From NCBI GenBank assembly GCA_900617105.1, contig UYFQ01000683.1, forward strand, positions 1-64,000: a DNA stretch of 64,000 bases, written 5' to 3'. Position 1 is the first letter of the stretch; each line of letters starts with the position of its first letter. Of the stretch, positions 52,801-64,000 are shown one piece after another. A program made the translations under genes and the position numbers. The stretch comes from Hydrurus foetidus. Its lineage: Eukaryota. The notes below the pieces were generated by a model. That model was not told the origin of the DNA. It did not search any database and saw only the letters and a list, made by a program, of their open reading frames with translations.

Positions 52801-54432
52801 ATGGATAAATCTGATGTCGCCACTCAACTGGCTGACACTCGACCTCAGTTTGATGTGGCTTTGAGAGTAGCAATTCCTGTCAATGCTCCCTCGCGAGCTC
52901 AAAAAGTACTGAGGAATTCTTTGATAAGAGCAAACGCGTTTTCTCCTGCTGCTTACGTTGTCAGTAGACAGCTGATCCATGCAATCAGATCTGACGACAA
53001 AGCGGATGTAGAGAAAATCCTCGCGGCATCAGAAATTTGCGCATCGTTCAATCTTGACAACGATTCAGCGATCAAAACTCTCATACGTGATTTTACTTTA
53101 GTTGCTGCAAGCAGTAGGAGGGCTGGGAAAAAGGATACGGAGGCGTCAGCATACGTCTCTCTTGGAGTAATTTGTGATAATCAAGGCAAACTAACCGAGG
53201 GAATTGAATACTACCTGAAGTATTTGAGAATATGTGAGGAAATCGGCGATGAGTTAGGATGCGCTTGTGCATATAATTGCCTCGGAGTTAACTGCATGCT
53301 TTTGGCAAGCCCGCCTACGGATGTTGGAATTCTTCAAGGAGTGAAGAAAACACCGCAGGGAATATTATATTTGAATGATGCTGTCCAATATCATACGAAG
53401 CATTTAGAAATTGGGCCCGATCAAGGAGGCCATTTTGTAGCTCACTCTAATCTCGGTTTGTGTTACGGGATGACAGGTATGGCTGTACCCTTTTGAATTA
53501 CTCATGCCTTGCGATTACATTCCCAGTACAAGCAATTCACCAGAATACCCCCCTTATGCGACTCTAAGAACTGTATGACTGTTAAAAAAAGAAACACGAA
53601 CCAACCACCATGATAAAGTCATTGGTTGCATACGTCCTGAGTGATATTATTCATCGATTCCTACAGGGGAAGTCGTCGGATCAGCTCAGCACCATCAGGA
53701 CGCGCTAAGAATCGCAATTAAAATGCAGACAATGTATGGACAAGCCATAGCTGTCGGCAATCTAGGAGCTCTAGCGCTGCAGAGAGAAGACGTGGCCACT
53801 TCTAGGACGTGCTTCGAGCAGGTACCGTTACAAAGTAATCCATCAAGCGTTTTACGCCACAAATAAAGTCACTTAAGTTGTCGGTAACCGTTTTTGTTCG
53901 ACAACTGTTTATCGCATCCTTAATATTCTGACTCTCCGTGATGCAATACTCCGCAGCACCTCCAGCTGGTTAGGTCTTTATCCGATTCTGCAGCAGAAAT
54001 CAAAGCATGGGAAATGGTAGTAAAATCACTTCAATTCTAATGGCTGATGCTTTCTTGCAATTTCTCTTCTACCGATTTACATCTGTTCCTTTTCTGATTA
54101 TCCATCATTTTCTTTTATTGTTGACAGCTAGCACAATTAAGCGCTATGGAACTCAATCACGCTGACGCGATAGAAAGTCTGAGCCAAGCTAGACAGGTGA
54201 GAATAGAATAGAACAGAAGAGGGGAGAGGAGCGGATATTTCTCATCAATTCCTGACTCTCTCCCTACTGATAAAATGCTCGTAATAAGATCTGCGAAAAG
54301 GAGGAGCTGCTGTGTGAACTCAAGAGAATCAATTCACTGACCGGAATCTCTAAAGGGCACCTCTGTCTAGCGGATCGCATCGACCAGCTAGCAGCTATGT
54401 GCATCAATGCGAGCACGAACAATCTTCGTTAG
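52801..54432 (+). CDS. Tetratricopeptide-repeat protein (multi-exon)
   Basis: TPR helices EASAYVSLGVICDNQGKLTEGIEYYLKYLRI, CAYNCLG, VAHSNLGLCY and IAVGNLG. Downstream GT-AG exons end ...ASTNNLR*. The start may lie further upstream. Confidence 0.8.
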
Positions 54433-55003
54433 GATCGTACTATGCATGTGCACTCAAAGTGCGTTCTGCTCCTCCTGTCGTGTTGCGGCTGATACTGCAT
54501 TGTACCGTACATTCTGATGGACTATTTACCTGTTTCTCGGTTGTAATACTAAGATACAAAACTCAAACGCACGAGGACTTCTCTTGTCACATTTGCATCG
54601 TGTCTGCTAGCAACAGACAGTGTGCGAGCTGTTAGGCATGACTACATCTCATCCCACCTGATCCCATCTCAGCTGATGCAGCAGTGAAGAGACTCATCAG
54701 TGCGCAGTAACAAAGAGGCTGACTGTTGATCGCCCAAACAATGGAAGTGCATTAAAACTGTGATCTAATTAGCTGACATAGAGATGGCAATAGATCAACA
54801 GCTATAAGGTGGAATAAGTTGAAATAGTCTCCGGATAGATATAACCGCCCTGTCCCGTACACGTATCAGACCGCACAGCGCAATATGCACTGGTATGATC
54901 TGATGGCTCAGTTTCAAACTGCACCATCTCAACTACGCATGATGGAAGATGTGGCACGCTGCGCAATACTATCCTGCCGAATCAATGCAACAGATCAAAT
55001 CTT

Positions 55004-57246
55004 CTATTTTTTTGTCTTTTTGCTCCTAGATTTCTTCTTCGCATTTTTAGTGCAACCAATTCCATCTTCGCTATTATCCATAAAAATATTGATAGTTGAT
55101 CCGTCACCCGTCTTGATCGTTATTTGTGCATCGGAAAGTTCCTTGTTATCCGCTTGTTTCATCTGATCTCTAGCTGCATTAAGATTTTCGATCGTGACTC
55201 TCCTGTGGAATATTTCGATGCAGTCTCTGGCATCTAACGTCTTTTCATCCTGGTGGTCGTGAGAAGAGGAAAAGGAGGTTGGCGGAGAAAGGGGAGGATG
55301 GTGGAGTAAAGGGCAGTTGTAATAAAGAGATTACGATCAATGAGCAGAGTGGAAATGCTCGGAAATGATAATGATGAGAAGGATAGCGCCTGTAGCACAT
55401 TGTCTATGATGACCCCGATGAGAAAAAAGATATCCATACAAGGCCGCGCTACAATGAATTGCAGTGCAGTGCGATGTAGTGGAATAGTGCGCAGTGCACT
55501 GCAGTAATCTAGTTTCATGTGGTACTGGCAGTATGGTGTGAAGAGGTGACACGGAGTGTCATGGAAAGTGATTCAAACTAATTCAATTCAATTTAGCGCT
55601 GAACAGAACACTTTAGAGCACAATTGTGTAGCAGAATGTGAAGCAGTATACTCCTGTCCCTTGCAGTGTTCACAGAACAATTCGCAATATAGAGCAGTGA
55701 AGACAACATCGCTTACATCAGCTCCGTACAGGTGCTCCACTAAATTCAGTCTTTGCTTTGACACAGATAGGGCGAGAGAGTACTGCCCCTACAAGCGTTG
55801 CAGTCATCATGTTGCGATGGATATCAATTCAATGAGGAGGTGACGGAGGCATGATCAAGGTCAAAACAAAACGGCAGTTTTAAGGAAAACAAATATGACG
55901 AATACATAATGATAAGCGTTGTTCTCAGCAGCTATTTTTTAGTACGAAGGTGTGGTATCCCTGTTTAGTCGTGACCTTGGCAACACGAGTCTACCAATAC
56001 GAGGTTTGATGGGTGCATGACACAAATAAGAACATTGCAAGAGAGAAAAAAGCGCAAGAGAGAGATTTAGAGAGAGGGAGGGAGACTGAATATAAAGGAG
56101 AGAAAGAGAAAGAGAAAAGAAAGTAAAAGAACGAAAGGATGTAGAATGGGCTACAATATTGAGGGAGAGAGGAGATAAAAGGAAAAATGGAGTGACATAG
56201 GAAAGAAAAGGAAAGCAGAGCCTTTCTCTGGCACAAAGATTGATGACTGATTGTAAGTACGTGCGTCACATCTCCTTCGCTCCTACCATTTTATGATGGA
56301 GCTGAACGATGATTCCTGTCATGGCACACAGCTGTGCGATGTCGTTTGTGAGTGCCTTTGCCTTCATCACGCACTTCAACGCGATGTCGTCTTCACCTAA
56401 TCCCATATAGATACCTGCATCGTTTGAAAGTGCGTGAAGTTGATTACATGTAAGAGGTACACAAATGGACAAAGAGGTTTGTTCTTCTCTGAAAAAGTAA
56501 GGAGGACTTTTCATCGAATGATGTTTGGAGTCATTGTTAATCCTAATGACTTCTAGTTGGCGACAAATGCACAGCTTAGAACCGTTCCCTATGGACTGAG
56601 TTCTGGGATCTGGTTTTTCAAGTTTCTCGTTTCTTCGCTTTTTGTAAAGTCGAGTTCTAAAATCGAAAAACCAGGTCTCAGAACCCAGACCGTAAGGAAC
56701 GGTCTGACATTGAAAGTATGAAATTCGATCAGCTCTGGAGATGATGGAGAAAAGGAGAGTCCGATATGGTATGATATGATAGGGATATATACGAATAGGC
56801 GTATGTAAGTGCGTCTAATGACATTTCATCAATCAGCCGGAAACAGAAACAAAAGAATCAGCTTTTCACAATTGAATGCGCAATGAAGCGAATGAGATAA
56901 AATCTGACCCCCTAGTTTGAAGTATATGCTAGCCAGCTGTGGGTGTCTCGGTCCCCCCATGAGTTGTGCGAGGTACTTGGCAGTCAGCAAGTGTTGCACC
57001 GCAGGGTAGAAGTATCCTGCATTGCATGAAAAGTCAATGATGGTGATTAGATTGGTGCGTACGCGTAAAAGAAATAGTCATATAATGTGCTCTATGTTCT
57101 GTTCTGTTCTATTTTTTAACGCTTTTAAGAGAATATTCCGTACTGTAATGGACTCTCCAAAAATCATCGTCACGGGACTGTTACTTCATTCACAGAAATT
57201 GCAATCTCGTTCATCACAGTTTTATCACAGTAACTTATGAGAGATA

Positions 57247-57291
<45 letters not shown>

Positions 57292-60200
57292 AACTCACTC
57301 TGTCTGTCTGTCTTCCTGTCTCACCCATTTCTGCCAGCAAGGTAGCTATTGTGACGTGGTGGGTGAAGGCGGACTGTGTATCGAGACCTCCGATACGCAC
57401 TGCTGCTTGTAGCGCCATCACAGCACAGGACAGGGCAGAAGTGAGTCGCCCTGAAGGGGAAGAGAAAAGGGAAGAGAAAGAGGAAAAGGAAGGGAGAGGG
57501 GGGAGTGTACGTACATTCAGTATCCAGTAAGTCGGTAGTCTGGAATTAAAGTTCTAGGTCCATGAGTTGTGATGTGATTATAGATGCAAACAGCACTGTG
57601 GTGAAAATTAATCCATCGCGCAGGCGCAGTACATGCTCGTTGTAGTAAATTCGATTGCTCAGCTTGCCATAATTGTCGATGAGAATCTTCATGCAGGGTG
57701 ACTGGAAGAGCGTATGGACATTTGATGGATTAACCATCAGACAGATGTGAGTGACAAGTATTGGGTCTCCATAGAGAGAGATATACGTCAAGAACCGATA
57801 TAGATAAGTAGGGGAGGAAGGAATTCCCACTTAACATGGGTAGGGATGGTTGCGTGGAGTCCTTTACCGATATCGGGATAAGGAATCAGTATGGACGGTT
57901 TTAGCAAAGGGTGAGGTTACAGCAGGCTGCCCATCATGTCATACTGTTGTCGAGGTCACAACAGCTTGAAGTATACTTGAAGATCGTAGAGCAGTTAACG
58001 TTGTTTTCATAGGTCATTTTGAAATACAGAAATATGGTATTCCTTTTCAGTTGTGACCTCAATAGCAAAAAATTGTATAATTTAAATGAGAAATGAGGCT
58101 TTGTCAACTCATCTCATATAAAAGTGAGGTCTCGTACGCAGAGTACATACAGTACAGTACCTGCAGCTACTAAGATCTCCGTCACAAGGTCGTACATCAT
58201 GACCTTCTCCTTGATGACCTTCCCGGATATCTGGGAGTGCGGATTGGAGGTCAGAGACGAGATGAGACGAACAGGTGACATTTGCAAGGCATGTTGCATG
58301 GCATGGCACAGCAGATCAAAGCACAGCGGAGAAACAATATGGTAGAAGATAAAGAATGTATCACATCACATCACATCACAATCCAACCCAACCTAACCCG
58401 GCACAACACCACACATGACAGTACACCACACCACACCACACCACGGATAAGACGGTACCTCCATTTGAACCACTAGTTGGGCAGCCTCTGTGACAAGCTC
58501 ATACGCTACGGGCAAGTCGCCCTCATCCATGTACTTACGTGTGGTGTCCATAATCTCTAGCAGCTGAGTCATCGCAACTTGAGGCTCACACGATGACATC
58601 TGAAATACCATGGAATTGAGAACAGAAGAACAGGATAAAAAGAATGAACGGGATAGAATAGAATGGTACAGAGCAGAGTAGAACTAGAGTCGAGTGGATT
58701 CACACCGCAGGTCATGACATGACATAACGGGATATCAAAGAGAGGAGGAGAGAAAAGAAGTGGCGAGGGGAGGGTGAGGCGAGTCACAGATAGACACTAG
58801 ACTGTGAAGCGAACTGAGAAATTCTAAGCGTGGCAATCCTAGAATCGATATTGCACAGCGCAAATTCACTCCGCTGCACTCCACTCCACTCTACGCTACT
58901 TTGTTGTACTCTACTACCCTACTCTACCCTATCCTACTCTACTTTATTGTACTTTACTACCATTCCCTACCCTACCCTACTCTCTATTGTACTGTACTAC
59001 CGTACCCTACTACTACCCTACCCTACTCTACTCTACTTTATTGTACTTTACTGCCATTCCCTACCCTACCCTACCCTACTCTACTCTACCCTACTTTATT
59101 GTACTCTACTACCATACCCTACCCTAGTCTACTTTCCTTAGCATACTTATCTCTACCACCGTACCCTGCGTCACTCTACTTCTCTTACCAGGGGCTTGAG
59201 ACTGTCGATGTCTCCGGGTTGAAACGGCTGAGGATCAGAGAAGTCGAAGTTCTTTGCAAATATGTTGAGTCCGGTAACCTGCAACCCATAGAAAGAGTTC
59301 AAAGGCAATGTGCAATGTAGCATTGTTGAGGTGCGTATGTATTCGTGTGCATGCGATAATTTTAATCAATAGTTATTCATGCATGCATCGTTCATTGGAA
59401 TGAGAGTATTCAAGAATTCATGTGACACGATGTCAGCTTAGTGGTAAGGAATCTACGAACCCAACGCCACCAGCATGCATGTGGATCGTACTGTTATCAA
59501 GAGAAACAATGTTCTTTCGAGTTGATGGCATCGCATGCGTACCTGACATAGTCTACGCAGCAAAGTAAGCTTGGAGATACGTTCACCAAATATGGGTGAC
59601 GCGACAGACTGCGTGCTGCTATCATTCTCACTCTCATTCTTACTCTTGTTCCTACACTCGCTGTTGGTACTGCTAATGGACGGGGAGAGGGTAATAAGGA
59701 AGAACCTACTATAACAAAACCGTGATCTTGCAATCATCTCCAAACTTTCCAGACAACTCTTGCGGTCCCCTCCCGCATCCGGTATAATGGGGATGGACTC
59801 TGGACCTTTTTGGATGGAATCTTCCGCCTCCGCTGGCTTGCTCTTCTTTTTTTTCTTTTTGACTGTTGGAGCTTTAAGTGGATTTTGATCATTTAATTCT
59901 GTGTCTACATCTTTCACTACCTCTTTATCAGCTGCTGTAGTGACTGATGCAGGTGCTGTCTCCGAAGTGCCGAACAGGTGGTTCAATAGAGTGGCAACGG
60001 TAGCCGCAGGACAGTGCTTTATCTCAGGGTGACCGCGGAAGATTTCGTTTAAGTGATGTTTGAAACACCTGCAATGAGATCATGAATAGTTCGAGATTAA
60101 AGTGCGAATGTGGATCGCAACAGATGAAAGTGTCCAACCCATTTCAAGCCATGGCGATCACCGGCTAGGATTAGCTATACAAGAGACTTCGACAAACTGA

Positions 60201-63200
60201 TACATCGACTGGGTGACTGACCGACTGACTGACTGACTGACCGAATGACTGATCACGGACTGGCACACTTAGTGATGCATCGACTGGGTGACTGACTGAC
60301 TTACTGATGCATTGACTGACCGACTGATACACTGACTGGCTGACTAAGTGTCTCACCTGGCGAATATTTCTATTTCGACCATCTCAAGCCAGTACATCGG
60401 CATGGACGGAATTCTGAAATCTTCACAGGAAGAGAGATCCACTCTGTCCAATACCTCTTGTTCTTTCGCGAGTTCTGCAAGTCGTCCTAACAGATCGGAG
60501 CATGGAGGTAAGTGGGGAGTGCGAAGTACGTACAGTACGTAGTGAATGAGATGAGATGAGACGGTGAGTGGTCGAAAGTGTCAATTAGTGGAATTCAATG
60601 CAAAGTAATATAATTTGTGTAATAATCATTCTCTGGGAGTAGTCCCCGTGGTTATCCGCATAATCTGGCCAAATTTAACGGAAGATTCTATTCCGGTATA
60701 ATAGGCACTGATATTTTGCGTCATTATAATGACGCAATTAGGAAGTTGGTGAGGAGATTAGAATGTCGTGAGGATTATGTACCTAGATATCTCATGTTAA
60801 TTCCGTGAGCATGGATGACTTCCACGAGAGTCAGACTATCGATTGGCATAATGTCACCATTACGAATCTAGCAATTCATGAACAAGGAATGATCGGTTGA
60901 GGTTAGGTGAGTGGGGAAGAGGATGGGGTGTGGTATGCAGTCTGAGTGAGACATGGAAGAATCTGTCTGTCAATTCATCGAACCGCACCGTACCTGTCTG
61001 GTGAGACCAACAAGTGCTTGCTTGTACAAGAAGTGTGCGACTTCTCTGGCCTCTTCTTCGTCCTTTAGGGCGACAGCAGGGTCTACGTCACACTCGAAGC
61101 CGTCAATGAAACAGTTGGTATTCAAGGCAACACCCATGTTATCTTCAGCTATTGCTTGAAGCTTCGCATTCAAGTCGTTCAAGCCATTATCATTATCTGC
61201 CTCAGGATTCTCTCTGACTGGGCTGTCCATGGGAGAGGCGAGATCATCCGCTGCTGCTGCTGCTGCTTTGTTCTCTTCCGTCTGTTCTCCTGTGAGAGCG
61301 TTGTCGAGGGAGAGAGGCTGAGGGCCTTTGACGGGGGTGGCTTCTGGTGACGCCACGTTCCGAAACCAATCCGGTGTGCTGGGAGTGCATGGAGTGGTCG
61401 GCACTGTTGGGGCGACTGTGGGTGGGACTGTAAGTACGTCAGTGGGTGTAGGAGACACAGGTCCACAATCCGCACTGACGGAGGGGGAAGGAATCGTGTC
61501 TAGTGCGACTGGTCTGATTGCTTCGCTAGGAGGCATTAGGGGGGCGGGAATAGGGACGGTGCACCTCTCAATCTCCTCTCTCAGCAACTTGTCGCGCAAG
61601 ACTGAGAATTTATGCTGGGCGTACATCTCCACTAATTCGTGTCTCAGTGCGTATGTCATGGATAGACTTTTGTCGACAGCAGAAAGCTTCTCAGCAGAAA
61701 TGTTGCCGGTGCCTTTTGGACCCTGAGGGGAGAAAAGGAGGGACGACAGAAGGAGGGAGTAGAGTAGGAGTGAAGGTGGGAGGAGAGGAGGGAGGAGACA
61801 AATAGGGAGGAAAGGAGGAGAGAACAAGGGATTAGTAATAAATGACATCACTAATCGTGTTATGTTGTATCATATCATTTCATGGTGTGTGAAGTCAACA
61901 ATCAAACATATTTCATCACTTACCATGACATAATTGGCGTCAATAGGGGTTATACGCAGAGCTTCGAGGATGTAGAGGCGTCCGTCAGTGCCTTTTAAGA
62001 CCTTCATTTCCAAGCACCCGGAGTAGGGAACGGTTTCGCTATCTTTAGGCATCACCTCATCCAGTAAATCAATCAGAAGAGGAGGAGAGGCCTAGCAGCA
62101 GTAGTACCAGTGACAGTGTTAGCATAGTATTGAAATTCAAGCAGAACAATAGCGGCTGTGCAGTAAATATTAAATATAGTAGAAGTAAGGTCTACTCTTC
62201 TGTCAGTCGCAGTAGATGTAGACACTACCTCCTTTTCCAATTCAGGTTGAAACCAAGAGGCGGAGATGGGCATCTTCGCTGGAACCACCTCCTTCTCGGA
62301 TACCTCTGGTCCTTGAGATGTGATGCTGGGAGTGGCTGCAATAGTGCGTGTGGCGATGTGCAGCTTCGAAGAGAGAGCCTGCATGAGGGCCAGTCCCTCT
62401 GTTTTGACCTTTGGGGAGACAGTTGGTGGACGTTAGGAATAGATTCGTTGGAGTTATGATGACGTCATTATGTTCTGCAACACATCGCATTGCAACGCAT
62501 CGCATTGCAACACATCGCATCGCTCAGCGTCAGCATGCATGGTTGCTTCACTTACCGTTAATCTCTCTCCAACTTCCAACAGGCCGCACATTAATCTAGC
62601 GGGGCTGTTGCCGTGCTGCCATGATGTTGAGGTGTATGTGGGTTGGATTTAAGGTAAGATGCAGTGATATGAGATGTGATGGCGGGCGCGCAACACACTG
62701 ATCGACTCATCAGCAGTAATTGATGCGTCAACAGACAGCTGTCATGCTGGCTCTATGCACAGCAGTTCGCGTCTTATCTCACTGATTGTTAGGACACAAA
62801 GAGCAGATGAACACGCACTTACAAATTGATGTTCTACTTTGTCCTCTTCTGTCGACTTACCGTCAATAATACACCGGGAATCACGGTTTGCCCGACCAAT
62901 CTTTCTCCTCTGTGGTCGATCACGCAAGAGAGAACAGTGTGAAGTCCCTCCACACCTTCCCATCAATTGACAATTGTACAGAATGTTAGCGGATCTGTCG
63001 TGATGGATGCGGAAATAGTACTGCAGAAATGTAGAAATAGTACTGCAGAAATGTAGAAATAGTACTGCAGAAATGGTGCGGCACTCTACTGAAGGGGATC
63101 GCCACCTGCAGACTGAATCAGCTTTTGGTTTCTGATATCGTGACCTGCGAACTTCCTATTCGCGTCAATTCCGTAGCATATCTTATCGAAAACAGACGGG

Positions 63201-64000
63201 AAGGTGGGAGCCAAGATCAGTCGAACAACAATCATCATGATATTGGAGAGAAGACTCAGAAAATGTAAAAAGTGACAGCACGTAAAATGTCCCTGAAGAC
63301 GCGTGTAAGAACGGGTAGAAGTAAAATCAAAATTTCAATTACCGACCAGAAAGTTTTCCTTCATGCCCGTAGCAGCGGAGTAGAATATATTGTTGTGGAG
63401 ATAAATCTGCATGTAGTCTGCCTCTGTGCTGTCGGTGTCAATCGGATCGATGCTGCCGTCTAGTATGGCAGCTGCACCCACCTTGACCGCGTTGTTGAAG
63501 TCGTGATGAGACTATGTGGAGATATTAGACAGCAATAGCGTTAGATATGGTTGGTCAAGATCACTGCTCTCATGTCTTGTTAGCGGACTGATTCACCCCC
63601 ATAGTTTGTAACACGCCTCACACCACGTTCATTCAGATACACAGCTTAACTAATCATGCATGCAGCGCAGTCTCACACCTTCAAAATATTTCCCGCAGTC
63701 ATTATTTTATCGTGCATGTTTTTCACATTAAACTCTCTAACAGTCTGCAATTCTTCGTTCCTGATAGTATGCGGCATATAAAGGTAAGTCAGAACTGCAT
63801 ATTCTTCCGATCAGATTGGGAACATAAATCATGAATAGAAGCGTAATAAAAATTATTATCACCATTCTCTAGGCCCCGAGTCACTCACGCCAAAACGACT
63901 CTCCAGATCATCGTGTAAGCGGCTGATGTCAAAGGTGTGTTCGCTGCTCTTTATTCCTGAGTCAGGTTTAGATCCGGTGCGTGCAATAGGAGGAACAACC
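55004..64000 (-). CDS. CLU1: Clustered mitochondria protein (CLU/clueless family), 5' part beyond the window
   Basis: Exons give NEELQTVREF, DFNNAVKVGAAAILDG...IYLHNNIFYS, VIDHRGERLVGQTVIPG, EMKVLKGTDGRLYILEALRITPIDANY, LRHELV, HAHGINMRYLG, EIFARCFKH and TLLRRLCQ, then TPR-like exons. The stop is at 55004-55006. Confidence 0.92.
56578..56705. mobile_element. Degenerate MITE / inverted repeat (~39-bp arms) in a CLU intron
   Basis: ACCGTTCCCTATGGACTGAGTTCTGGGATCTGGTTTTTC pairs, with several mismatches, with GAAAAACCAGGTCTCAGAACCCAGACCGTAAGGAACGGT. Confidence 0.7.
57250..57288. repeat. (CT)n microsatellite
   Basis: Direct observation. Confidence 0.95.
58870..59140. repeat. Compound TACCC/TACTC low-complexity intronic repeat
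   Basis: Direct observation. It generates spurious YPTLL-rich ORFs. Confidence 0.9.
60213..60345. repeat. (GACT)n-type intronic repeat
   Basis: Direct observation. Confidence 0.85.
63012..63074. repeat. 22-bp tandem repeat (~3 copies)
   Basis: GAAATAGTACTGCAGAAATGTA repeated. Confidence 0.9.

Noticed and set aside
57546..57830. Coding-like ORF in a CLU intron
   Set aside because: The flanking CLU exons appear to join without it and no motif was recognised.
58830..59320. ORFs rich in YPTLL
   Set aside because: These are translations of intronic pentanucleotide microsatellites.

Overview
This is eukaryotic nuclear DNA with short GT-AG introns and microsatellite-rich introns. Bipartite signal+transit-like N-termini and the transposon types suggest a photosynthetic stramenopile, possibly chrysophyte-like (inference). 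Positions ~1-18340 form a transposable-element island. It holds a frameshifted Gypsy-type gag, a 366-bp perfect tandem duplication, a degraded gag with a CCCH finger, an intron-containing Crypton-type tyrosine recombinase fragment, and a full-length Ty1/Copia element (12073-18334; 359-bp LTRs, AGGCG target-site duplication). Positions ~18550-64000 are gene-dense: a J-domain/FN3/WW protein, glutathione peroxidase, a small membrane protein, a LON-N domain protein, a duplicated-domain protein, a giant histone deacetylase-family protein, an ankyrin/WW kinesin-14, class III ADH (GSNOR), a TPR protein and CLU (running off the window). The top observation is that the Copia element has no TGG tRNA primer-binding site. 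Instead, the 11 nt abutting its 5' LTR are exactly complementary to an 11-mer inside the LTR, the signature of Tf1-type self-primed reverse transcription, and gag/pol are joined by an apparent -1 slippery site. The second is that the HDAC catalytic domain is split by very large insertions carrying six BRK-like repeats.
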